In this document: piece by piece, positions 12,348-24,333 of the stretch
Position numbering within the stretch: position 1 is the first letter of the stretch
How the letters are laid out: each line of letters starts with the position of its first letter
NCBI GenBank assembly: GCA_003427395.1
Contig: BFEA01000020.1
Location: forward strand, 3,941,767-4,005,766
Source: Chara braunii
Lineage: Eukaryota > Plantae > Charophyceae
Direction: 5' to 3'
Length of the DNA stretch: 64,000 bases
The notes under the pieces: model-generated
The model's input: the letters and a program-made list of their open reading frames with translations, nothing else
Database searches by the model: none
Told to the model about the DNA's origin: nothing
Program-made: the position numbers and the translations under genes

Positions 12348-14469
12348 CAAGTGCAAATTCTGCACTTCCCTCCCCCTCTACCTGTGCGTGCCCGCGTGGA
12401 CGAGCTTATGTATGAATAGAAGAATGACCAGAAAAGAAAAACGTTCGACATGTTGCCATGTGGAAGGCCCTCACACCCCCTAAACCACCATGATTTGTTT
12501 ATACATAAAACACCACGATTATATCTACGTATATCGTAAACAGCCTCCTGATGAGCCGGTGATACTCCGGTGAAACTAACTGTCACAGCCCCTCGTTTGT
12601 TGTCCTCCTCTTCTCCCTCTCTCCCTACGATTCACTGGCCACTTCTCTGTGACTACATATACACATATATCGTCACACTGTGAATAGGAGCGCAAAGACG
12701 AAAAAAGACAAAACCAAAAAAGGAAAGAAAGAAAGCCCCCCACCTGTTCATCACCTCTCACGTACAAGGCCAGCCACGTGGATGACAGGTTGAGCGCTGG
12801 CTGCCCCCATCCCCGTGTGTCACAAGGACCCACTTGCACGCAGCCAAATGGCAAAGAGAGAAACAAAAAGGAGGAGGAAACCAAGCCTGACAGGGAAAGA
12901 AAGCCTATCAGTCAAACAAAGCAAATGACACATCCCAAAGATAATCCAATTGCCACAAAGCAAATAACACATCCCACAGATCAACAAATTTGGTTGTTGT
13001 TTTTTTTTTGTTTTTTTTTAAACTCCGTATCTGTCGGTAGTGTCGAAGGCTTTATGTCCCCAACTCGGCAGATAAGACAGCTACGGTGAGGATGATGTGG
13101 ATGTTCACAAGGATACCCAAGGAGAGCTGCGCCAGCACAGCATTCAGCAGGACGGCTAGCACGAACCATCCCCCTCCCCCTCCTTGTCCATCTTCCTCTC
13201 TCCTCCCTCCCCCCTCTTCTCCGCTTCCACCACCTATCTGTCGGTAGTGNCGAAGGCTTTATGTCCCCAACTCGGCAGATAGGACAGCTACGGTGAGGAT
13301 GATGTGGATGTTCACAAGGATACCCAAGGAGAGCTGCGCCAGCACAGCATTCAGCAGGACGGCTAGCACGAACCATCCCCCTCCCCCTCCTTGTCCATCT
13401 TCCTCTCTCCTCCCTCCCCCCTCTTCTCCGCTTCCACCACCTTCTCACCCTCCTTCCCCTTCCTCTCCCTCTCCCTCTCCTTCTCCTACCTCTTTGCCTG
13501 CATCCTCTTCTCCTTTGTCATCTCCTCCTCCTCCTCCTCCTCCTCCTCCTCCTCCTCCTCCTCTTCTTCTTCTTCCTCTTCCTCTTCTTCTTCTTCTTCT
13601 TCCTCTTCCTCTTCTTCTTCTACGTTCCCTTCTTCTTCTTCTTCTTCTTCCCCACGCCGGCTGAGACCGCCCCCTTCCTTATCTTCGTTGTCCATATTGG
13701 GACGTCGGCAGTCTCGTTCATTCTCTCCTCCCAGTCCCCCTTCCCTTTCGACGTCGTGTTGATGCTAATCAGCTAATCAGCCGGGTTCTTTGTCTTACCT
13801 ACATCCTGCTCTGCCACGTCGACGGCGTTCGTCATTTACGCTCCGACACCGCCAGATCAGACCGATCTGATCTACGGCTTTCCAGCGGTGACCGATTCGA
13901 ATCTGCGGCCAGACCCCTACCAGAAAATGCTTGTGGCTTGACAGCTACAAATGTCTGGCTACCTCAACGGCTTGTCAGCGTCAATGTTATACTGCTGCAT
14001 CGCATTTTTGTCACGAGTGCTTACTCAGCTTGACGCTGTTGAAAATCAGCATTGTTGTATGACCATAATACTCCACCTCCTGAAGGTACGGAGTAACTAT
14101 ACCTCAGGAGGCTTTACTGTAAAAAATGCCTTCCAGTTAGCGTTCAACGGCCGCCACCTTCATCTCATGCATAGCATGCAACGCCAGGCGATGGATGGCC
14201 TTCATGACCATCCTCCTCATATTTCTGCCTGTATCGTATATATCCAAAAAAAAACTGCCAGCGGGATCGACCCACAGGAAATTCCATGGCAATCGGATGT
14301 TTTCGACCATAATCAATTCCAAAAAAATCAATTCCAAAATAATCAATTCCAAAATAATCAATTCCAATCATTTTTTTTAATCTTTTTGGAAAACACGCGC
14401 CCGTCAAACAAGGAACTGAAAGAGAACAAAACTCTGACAGTGGCCATTCTAGATATATACATATATATA

Positions 14470-14890
14470 GCCCCTCCTTTGTCGTCCTCTTCTCCCTCCC
14501 TCTCTGCCTACGGTTTACCGGGAAGCTCTGTTTGACAATATATATTGTCACATGAATATCAGAGCGGCAAAGCGAAAAACAGAAAGAAAACAAGAAATAT
14601 ATATATAGGGTTCAGCCTCCTGATGAGTCGGTGAAACCCGTACGAAACAGTCTGTCACAGCCCCTCGTTTGTTGTGCTCTCCTCCCTCTCTGTCTACGGT
14701 TTACCAGGCAGCGGTGAAACCCGTACGAAACAGTCTGTCACAGCCCCTCGTTTGTTGTGCTCTCCTCCCTCTCTGTCTACGGTTTACCAGGCAGCGTGAA
14801 ATTTTAACACCTATGGTCTGAGATATATGTATATTTTGTGACAAAATTATCAGAGCGCAAAAGCGAAAAGAAAACAGAAAGAAACCAAAG
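14470..14890 (+). repeat. Dispersed repeat family with hammerhead-like core, partial tandem copies (probable Penelope-like terminal repeat)
   Basis: CTGATGAGTCGG...GAAACAGTCTGTCACAGCCCCTCGTTTGTTGT; other copies at ~3920-4160(-), 8510-8760(-), 11690-11760(-), 11920-12010(+), 12541-12720(+). Confidence 0.6.
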
Positions 14891-15792
14891 AAAAATAAAT
14901 TCATCTTTTTATCTTCTTCCTTGCAATTTATATATCATCACATAAATAGAGTCTGGACAAAGAAGAAAGAAAAATCAGAATGCGTGAATTCGTTCTATTT
15001 GGCATTTTACTATTCAGTGTGCTAAGTTCAAAACAAATTTTACTTACTCCCGCCAATCTTCCACCAATCTCTATTGGATGGAGAGAAGTTCTGATTTCTC
15101 TATAGATTAGATATAGATAAGATAAGGCGACCGACATACGGCACGCCCTGAATGACGAGCGTGCCGCCTTAGGCTCTATATGTACCTCCCGTGCGCATCT
15201 CTATCTCCAGCAAGCATTCTCACAAATGCACCGAGCTCTGACTTGTGACTTGTCCTCCTCGACGAGTGTGCTCTTACGTTTGTTCATGCGCTTAAACCGA
15301 TCAGTAACGTGCCCGTTCACAAATCTATTTCCCGCCATCTAAGTCTCTAACTCCCGCGCATTTTACCTCAGCCGATCAGCCACTTGCCCGTTCAGAAATC
15401 TATTTCCCGCCATCTAAGTTTGTAACTCCCGGTAATTAACCCACCAAACCCTACGCAGGAGGTGGATGGGTCGATGCCACACTATGACGTGTAATCCTGC
15501 GAGTACTCTTCCGCGAGAGGCAGATGGGTTGATGGATTAACTAACGTAGTCAGCTTCCTCCCGCGCAAATGCGCCAAATTTCACGCGCCCAAATCAAAAC
15601 TAGCCATTCTGACGTGTACACGAGGTGGGCGTGTGCACACCCGCTATGTTCCATGCAAGTACTCTTACGCGGGAAGTAGATGGCCAAATTTCACGCGCCA
15701 AAATTAAAACTGCCCTCTTCACCCGAATAGAACGACCGGTCATTATCGCCAAATGACGGTAGATGGCCAAATTTCACGCGCCAAAAAAAAAA

Positions 15793-15903
15793 CTACCGTC
15801 TTCACCCGAATAGAACGCCCGCTCATTATCGCCGCATCTGGACCGAAAAGTGTGCCAAATACAGCTATAATGACTGGGCGTTCTATTCCGGTGAAGACGG
15901 TAG
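15793..15903. mobile_element. ~110-bp palindromic MITE (Tc1/mariner-pogo-like, TA-CCGT...ACGG-TA ends), best-preserved copy
   Basis: CTACCGTCTTCACCCGAATAGAACGCCC...GGGCGTTCTATTCCGGTGAAGACGGTAG; related copies at ~5224, 12068, 15712, 16921, 17236, 17510, 51927, 52955, 53150, 54052, 59629, 60930, 62790. Confidence 0.8.
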
Positions 15904-16214
15904 CCATTGTGACGTGTATACGAGGTGGCTGGGTGGGTGCACACCTGCAATCCTACTGTTCTCTGAATTTACCGTGAAAATTCGTCACTACGTATTCAAC
16001 CACTCGATATCGAAATCGAGATAAGTGCTTGTGCGCGACAACTACGCAGACAATCAATCAATAACCTCAAGCAATCAAATGTTAGACAAAAACTAGACCA
16101 TCAATCAATTGCTGTTATTAATCAGAATACAATCAATTACAGCAACTAATCGAGGACGAAGTGCTCAACGTGAGGGCGCACTCTGTTCTCAATTGCGGCA
16201 AACTAATTCCTAAT

Positions 16215-16745
16215 CATCCAATCAATCAATCAATCAACCAACCAATTACCAATCAACCAATTATCAATCAACCAATTATCAATCAACCAATTATCAATCA
16301 ACCAATTATCAATCAACCAATTACCAATCAATCAACCAACTATCAATCAACTAATCAATCAACCAATCAATCAACCAATTACCAATCAACCAATTACCAA
16401 TCAACCAATTACCAATCAATCAACCGATTATCAATCAACTAACTACCATTCAATGGGGGTATACGGGCGTTTCAGACAATCACTTACAGCAACTAATCGT
16501 TCCTAATCGTTCAATCAATTAGCCAATTACCAATTAACCAATTATCAATCAACCAACTATCAATCAGCTACCATTCAATGAGCGCAGTCTGTTCTCTGTC
16601 GTAACAGCCACGAAACTCGTTCCTAATCGTTCAATCAATCAACCAATTATCAATCAACCAGCTATCAATCAAACAATTATCAATCAAGCAAGTATCAATC
16701 AAGCAAGTATCAATCAACCAACTATCAAAAAACTAATTACCATTC
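16215..16745. repeat. AATC/ACCAATT-rich minisatellite (15-bp unit CCAATTATCAATCAA)
   Basis: Direct inspection. Confidence 0.85.
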
Positions 16746-17802
16746 AATGGGGGTATACGCACGTGGCGGCGAAACCCCAAGCAGTCGATCGATCAGGAGC
16801 ACGACAAAGACAACCGTATTCCCCCCCCCCCACCCTACAGAATGCAGAGGCCCTTTCGCTCCGCACCTGCTCTCACACTCCAGAAATTTCCTTCGCTACA
16901 GCGAATAAGGACAAACCTACCTACCGTCTTCCCACGAACACAACGCACCCTCATCATCACTGGATAGGCCCGGAAAAGTAGCTTGTATACATTCATGATG
17001 AGGGCGCGTTGCGTCGGGGGGCAAGCCTGTAGTACACGCCTACCGTGCAAGCCATCGGGCCTATCTCCACTACTCTCCGAATGTGCACAATTAAGACTGA
17101 ATCTGGCGCTTGAACACAGAAAGATACACCGCCATATTTTTTTGTCTTTCGTGCATGTGGAGACGAGCGGAGCGAGGCCTAATCTTCAATCCCCCGAATA
17201 CAACGCGGGTTCTTCAGAGGTAGGTAGGAGTCGCATCCGTCTTCCCCCGAACACAACGCACCCTGATTATTATGTATTATTATGAATTTTATAGAAGCTA
17301 GCTTTCCGGTCTGATACAGACAAAATTAGGGTGCGTTGTGTTCAGGGGAAGAAGGTGATATTCCATTTCGGGAAAGCGTTCTATTCGGCCCACGGCGATA
17401 GGCATTCGATTTAGGCGAAGACGGGAGGGGCAAATTTGCAATTTGCAGGTATAATTCGGGGAGAAAAGAGGGGAGCTAGCTGGGTGTCATTTCTTTGATC
17501 AACGAACCGCTACCCGTCTTCCCCCGAACATAACATACCCAGAAAATCAATGTATATAACCTATCTTTCCGGTGCGGTGCAGCCAAAAAAGAGGGTGCGT
17601 TGTGTTCGGGAGAAGATGGGTAGGATCCGCTTCGTCGCTCCACCAGCACAAGATACATTGCGGGCAGGACTATCAGTAATTCATTTACACATTAGCATTA
17701 TAGAAATAGAAATTTTTTGTAAAAAAAAATAAATACTCGATATTGTCAAGCAAGAACGACGAATGTAGCACAAAGTCTTGAGGTGGTAGGGGGTCAGACA
17801 AG

Positions 17803-17840
<38 letters not shown>

Positions 17841-18186
17841 AAGAGAGAGAAAGAGAGAGAAAGAGGGACAGAGGGAGAGAGATTAACAGAGAAAGAAGAG
17901 GAGGAGGGAGGACGGACAGTGGGGAGGAGGAGGAACGGGCGAGGATAGAGACAGTATAAGACAAAATGCGAGAAAAAAGACAAAAGGCGGGAAATGCCAA
18001 AGAACAAAGAGTGAGATAAACCCAAAAAAAGGCGGGAAATGCCAAAGAACAAAGAGTGAGAAAAAGAGAAAGAAAAGGCGGGAAATGCCAAAGAACAAAG
18101 AGTGAGATAAATCAAAAAAAAGGCGGGAAATGTGGAAGACGACAAGATAACATAGAGTAAAAAGGGCGGGAAAGGAAATTACTTAC

Positions 18187-18240
18187 ATCGAAAGGATTCG
18201 ATCCGTCGTCGAAAGGGTTGCTATCGAACCGACTTGCCAT
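18187..18240 (-). CDS. SCAMP: Secretory carrier-associated membrane protein, coding exon 1 (MASRFDSNPFDDGSNPFD)
   Basis: ATG in good context (atagccATGG); two NPF motifs typical of SCAMP N-termini; exon ends at a GTAAGT donor, phase 0. Confidence 0.9.
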
Positions 18241-18546
18241 GGCTATATCCTTGGTCAGGATCCCCGCGCAGAACCTCTGCGCCGCCGACTGCCGCTCCAG
18301 GGACCGATCGGCAAAATCAATCAATCAATCAATCAATCAACCAATCAACCAATCTGTAATCCCCTCAGACGTTCTTCGCGCCACTTCCTCCTACAGATAT
18401 CCTATCCTCATCTGCCCTATCTTCCCTCCGTCTCTTGACTCTCCTCCTCGACACACCACCGCAGTTCCGCAAAATCGAACCACCACCTCTCTCTCTCTCT
18501 CCTCTCCTCCTCTACACACCACCGCAGTTCCGCAAAATCGAACCAC

Positions 18547-18653
<107 letters not shown>

Positions 18654-18843
18654 CATACACACACACACACACACGCACACACACACAAACACAGGTGCGC
18701 GTGCAGGTGCGCGCTCGTCTCTCTCTGCACAAAGAATACTGGATTGAGAGAAGAATATAGCGCGTAGTTTAAGAGGGAAGGAGGAGGTGGAAAAGGGGGG
18801 GGGAGTAAACAAATCCCGAATCAAGAACAGACCAAGACAGGTG

Positions 18844-18885
18844 CGCCACGTGTCAGCTTTGCGTGGTTCGTCGCCACGTGTCAGC
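18844..18885. promoter_or_regulatory. Two identical G-box/ABRE-like motifs (CGCCACGTGTCAGC) upstream of SCAMP
   Basis: 14-bp exact repeat containing CACGTG at 18844 and 18872, about 600 bp upstream of the ATG and just beyond a GA/GT microsatellite tract. Confidence 0.45.
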
Positions 18886-20068
18886 CGCTCAACGTTAAGA
18901 TCAGTAACTGTTCAAACAATCCAGAGGTCGTGATGTCCATTCCACTTCCTGTGAGGCCGTCATATCCATCGAGAATCTCAAGCTGTAGAAATTCCGGAGA
19001 CTACCTAGGCGGGAAAGTCACTCGAAGTGGGGGAGCAGTGGGGGTAGGCGTGACCACACTCGCCAAGGGGGGGGCGGGGCACGGTAGGGTAGGGAGGACA
19101 GGAAGGAGGAGAAATTAGGGTAAGAAAGACAAATCGAGAAAGGAGTACAAGGGGGACAGGAAATGAATCGGCCCCGAAAAAGAAAAAAGAAAAAAAAAAT
19201 AAAAATGAATCGGTCAGCTTCGGATACAGAATCGGAGTAAGAGGGACTGACGACCTACGATACGAACATTCCCCCCTCCTTCCCCCACCACACCTGCCAC
19301 CTGCCGCCTACCACAAAATGCACCTCCCACTACTTTCATTACCAGAAGTAACGTGGTTAACCTGATCTAGCTGGGAAAAGGCGCCCCCGCAGCGGCCGGG
19401 GGCAAGGTCCCACTTGCGCAAAATAGGAGATTTCGGCCGTTGATCATTTTTATATCTACGGTCAGTATATCTCTTAATTCGTGCAAGTGGGACCTACGGT
19501 AGCGGCCGGGGCATCCACAGCCTCTGCCAGTGCGCGCCTCGGTGCTCACCCGAGTAAGGAAGGACCTCGCTCGACTAATCATCAAATGTGCAAAATGAGA
19601 ATGAATCTCACGATAGAACATGGAAAGATGCAACCCCCATGTGTTTTGTCTTTTGAGCCCAAAGCAAGCACTCTACTGTAGGGAGGGATTGTGCACAGTG
19701 GGCGGGACGGCAGAGTAAGGCCAAAAACCGAAAAACACGAAAATGCCAGTAACGTGGCGGCGGTTTCCTGTCTGTGGGTCTGTGGGTTCGGTCCCCAAAG
19801 GTCCCAAGGGTCCAGCGTCGGGTAGAAACCCTCAGCTGCAGTACCGCGCAGGAAAAGTGCGACTCTCTCAGCTGCAGTACCCCACAGGCCAAGTACCCCA
19901 AAAAACGTGCGTACGTTCTATTCAACTTAGGGCCTCGTTAGACCCTCCTTGGAAATCCGATTTTTAGGAAATCCGCGTGGTTACACCCCCTCCTAATTGT
20001 CTACCGCGTGGGCGCGGGGAACGCAGCCCTGAGGTAGCCAAATCAATGAGACTAAGAGCTCGCACAAG

Positions 20069-20116
<48 letters not shown>

Positions 20117-20349
20117 TCCGTTTATTATTATGAGTGTGAGAGAGAGACAGGGAGTGAGAGAGAAAGAAAGAGAGAGAGAGAGAGGGAGNNNNNNNNNNNN
20201 NNNNNNNNNNNNNNNNNNNNNNNNNNNNNNNNNNNNNNNNNNNNNNNNNNNNNNNNNNNNNNNNNNNNNNNNNNNNNNNNNNNNNNNNNNNNNNNNNNNN
20301 NNNNNNNNNNNNNNNNNNNNNNNNNNNNNNNNNNNNNNNNNNNNNCTAC

Positions 20350-20398
<49 letters not shown>

Positions 20399-23300
20399 TG
20401 GCAAAATTGACATATGGGTCAAATTGCAGTCGTGATCTATTTCGCAGTTGGAATGATTTTTAAATTTTATTTAGCATTTTTCCTGGAAAGATCACAACAA
20501 AATTTACGAGTACGCCAATTTTCAGTTTTTTTCACGCATTCTCTTGAGAATGAAAACTCACTAAATTTTGAGTACTTTTTCAGTTGGCCAACACATGGCT
20601 GAGTGGCAAAAATGTAAAATGTGTCGAATCGACGCGACGATTATTTCTCGGTCTAAATTATTTACTTTTAATATTCTAATATTTTTCCTAGAAACAATTT
20701 TCAAAATTTCAGATTTTTGTGCAGGTTGCTCCGAGCACAGAAAATAGTCAAAGGTGCCTCTTGCAAAACACCTGTTTCGTTGCGCCTGACCTCCCTGTTT
20801 TGAGAAGACAGGCCTCAACGCTTAGGCCTGAGGGGCCTTTTGCAGTTCGCATAGCCTCAGTTCGTTTAGGGGTCCGCTTCCACCCGTGGACCCGTCCAAC
20901 GCCCCCCACTTGTTTTTGGGGTCCGCTTACATGTTAAAATTAATTGTGACATGATAAATTATAGAAAAATTTTAAATAAATCAATCCAATATAATACATG
21001 GTGAAATTACGTTTAAAACGTTATGGTAAAAAACAACGTATGAATTGATACTCATTAACTGGTAAAAAAATCCCTATTATGATTGTATTTCTAAATAAAA
21101 TATTATATTATTGAATAAATCGAATATAATAAAAAAAACTCAGCATCTTTTCTTGAAGAAATGACAAGAGAATTTGAAGCCTGAAAAAATGAATCTATGG
21201 CTAATCTAAAATTGACAATATAGATAAGATACCGATCCCCCAATTTTTTTTGCCCCCTAAGAACCCACTTTGCGTCTTGGTCGTCCGCCGACCAAAATGC
21301 GACACCTTGACACAGATGTCGAACCCCAGTAGACCGCAACCTTAGGGCTGCGAATTCACCAAATTTCTTGGACAAATGTGAAAACGTCTACTGAGCATGC
21401 GTCGACACCAAAATTTAAAGTTTTTCGTGGTGCACAGGTCGTCCGTGGTCCAGACGGGCGGACACCGCCGACTCCAGTAGGGGACGGAACCCCAACAGCG
21501 TTGTGTCGTTACCATTGGCGAGTAAAGGCATGGGGGTGGTTCATGTGGCGGGTTTGTCCTTGTGCACGTCGTCGGGTGTGGTATCCAACAGTCGACTTTT
21601 TCAATTCTTTTACTGCCAACATGTGAGCAATGTCGGCCGACTGCAGTTCTCCTTGGCAACGTGCATTGTCGGGCATTGATAGGCGCACGGGAGCAAGCTT
21701 TGATCGATGCACTCCTCGACTGCTGTGGTTCATGGCAGACGCGCTTCGACGGGTCCCGCTGTCGGGTGCGGTGGTCCCACACCCAGACGCAAAGTAATTT
21801 TTTGTGTTGAACCTCACGGTCGCATCACGCATGAGTTTAAAAGTGTTTTAGCTAAGACCAACTTCGACCGTGCGCGCCAGCTATACCTCTCGCGGCTCCC
21901 TGCGACAGGACAGAGACCCCGCGAGGTACAACTCACCTCCACCTGTGGGAGTTGTCACCATCCCTTAAATGGGCGTATCCCTGCTGAGCTACTGACCCAC
22001 GTGCGAAGGCTTTTACATGCAATCGCAGAGGTAAGTCAGCCGAGGGCGTTTGTTCGATCGCCGTAGCATAGGCATACGCGTGGTTGAACGCCTAAGACTG
22101 ACCCGTATACGCGTCGGGCATCGGGGCGCTGATCTCCCGAACCGACTTACAAATCAGGTCGACTCGACTGACGAACGTTCGCGCATACTACGCTTTGCCT
22201 ATAAATAGTTTCTTTAGGTATGACTTACAACTTAGCTCTTTTCTGAAGCACGATCCCCTCTCAGTACTTCAATTATCCGGGGTTACGCATAAGACACATA
22301 CCCATCCTACCTAGTGATTAAGTCCATTCGACAGATCTCTCTGTGAAAGCTCTTTAGCCATATCATACATACATGTGAGATGAAATATGACAAAGTAATT
22401 AGGCAAGGAGATGTCACATACACATAACACACTCACATAAACAGTCCAAATTCATCAAGGAAAAAACATAGGTTTTTAACCTTTCAGACATGTACAAATG
22501 AAATGAACATGAAATGAATAAGGCTCGTAGCCTTAGCAATAATCTTAATCTTCTTAACAATCGGGGAAAAGGCGCAAGGCTAGGTACTCAAACCAATCGC
22601 GCACTGATGAAACATCTGGATCAAGGTTCCAGATAGCGTAAGTTTCTCAATGGGTTGCCGTGAATAGCATGTGGCTGGTCGTTTTACTGACCTACAAACA
22701 AAACCAAATGCATTACACAATTCTAACAAAGTCAACCATTTATTCACTTTCACCCACATTACACTTACACTTTCAACCTTTCAGTAAGACGTCCCCCTTT
22801 TCGACTTAGTCATTCAGCCATATCTGTCTTCAGTCATTTCAAGGACCCCTTTTTGACAAAACACAAACCTTTTAGACAATGACCCGAAATCAGAAATGCC
22901 TTTTAGTGCAAAGGTTGATGCAAAGTGTGGGTGTCGAGGGTGAGTGAGGGTTGAGTTGACGAACCAACATGTTACCATAAAACAACAATATATAGTCCTG
23001 TATAGACTTATAATGAGTCTCCTTGATCAGGATGACCTGCAATCACACACAGGTCAACACGGTCTCAACACCTCTTTGCCATCGACATGACCCTATCTGA
23101 AGTTCAATATAGTGAACTTCATTTTAGCCGGAATAATAGTACATCGATATAACTCCCTATAGGCAGCCTCTCTAACCTCCTATCAGATTAGCTTCTAGGG
23201 ATAATCGTATAAAGGGAGAGAAGCATAGAGCTAACATCGCCAAAACTTTCCCCTTCAGACATACATAGACAAAATATCATTAATCTTATATGGAGTAGAA

Positions 23301-23580
23301 TCATAAGATCGACATCAATCAATAGGTTAAGGTAGCAGGACATATCATACTAGGTCACATCCCTTCTACCTTCACCTCAGTAGAATCAGGAAGTGGTCTG
23401 TTAATAATGGATCGATCTCTTTTCAGGGCTTTCGTTATTTTCTGTGTATCGAGAAGCTTAGTAACAGTATAGTAGACCACTCGGGATCTACACATCTTCA
23501 CTGAACGTCTGCTTGTGATAGGGTAGACCTCAAGGGTCTTGCTCTTCCTATTCACTGTCCTTCATTAGATCAAGGTCAGG

Positions 23581-24301
23581 AGGTAATAAGACAGGCTTCT
23601 CGGAGCCTCGCTCACTCTTATCATTATGGTCATAAGGCATGCTTCTCGGAGCCTCGCTCACTCTTAACGCCTAGTTCTTATCATTANNNNNNNNNNNNNN
23701 NNNNNNNNNNNNNNNNNNNNNNNNNNNNNNNNNNNNNNNNNNNNNNNNNNNNNNNNNNNNNNNNNNNNNNNNNNNNNNNNNNNNNNNNNNNNNNNNNNNN
23801 NNNNNNNNNNNNNNNNNNNNNNNNNNNNNNNNNNNNNNNNNNNNNNNNNNNNNNNNNNNNNNNNNNNNNNNNNNNNNNNNNNNNNNNNNNNNNNNNNNNN
23901 NNNNNNNNNNNNNNNNNNNNNNNNNNNNNNNNNNNNNNNNNNNNNNNNNNNNNNNNNNNNNNNNNNNNNNNNNNNNNNNNNNNNNNNNNNNNNNNNNNNN
24001 NNNNNNNNNNNNNNNNNNNNNNNNNNNNNNNNNNNNNNNNNNNNNNNNNNNNNNNNNNNNNNNNNNNNNNNNNNNNNNNNNNNNNNNNNNNNNNNNNNNN
24101 NNNNNNNNNNNNNNNNNNNNNNNNNNNNNNNNNNNNCAGGCTTCTCGGAGCTTCGCTCACTCTTATCACCTAGTTCTTATTATTATGGTGATAAGGTAGA
24201 CTTCTCGGAGCCTCGCTCACTCTTATCACCTGTTCTTACACTGACGCACGACTGGTTGGTAATAAGGCAGGCTTCTCGGAGCCTCGCTCACTCTTATCAC
24301 C
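23581..24301. repeat. Tandem array of a 44-bp hairpin unit spanning an assembly gap
   Basis: GGTGATAAGGCAGGCTTCTCGGAGCCTCGCTCACTCTTATCACC, at least 5 copies. Confidence 0.85.
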
Positions 24302-24333
24302 GTCCTTGTCGTTCATTCCCTTAGAAGAACCCA

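Noticed and set aside
23581-24301. CRISPR-like repeat-spacer array
   Set aside because: Linkers are very unequal in length and partly homologous, there are no cas genes, and the context is eukaryotic.
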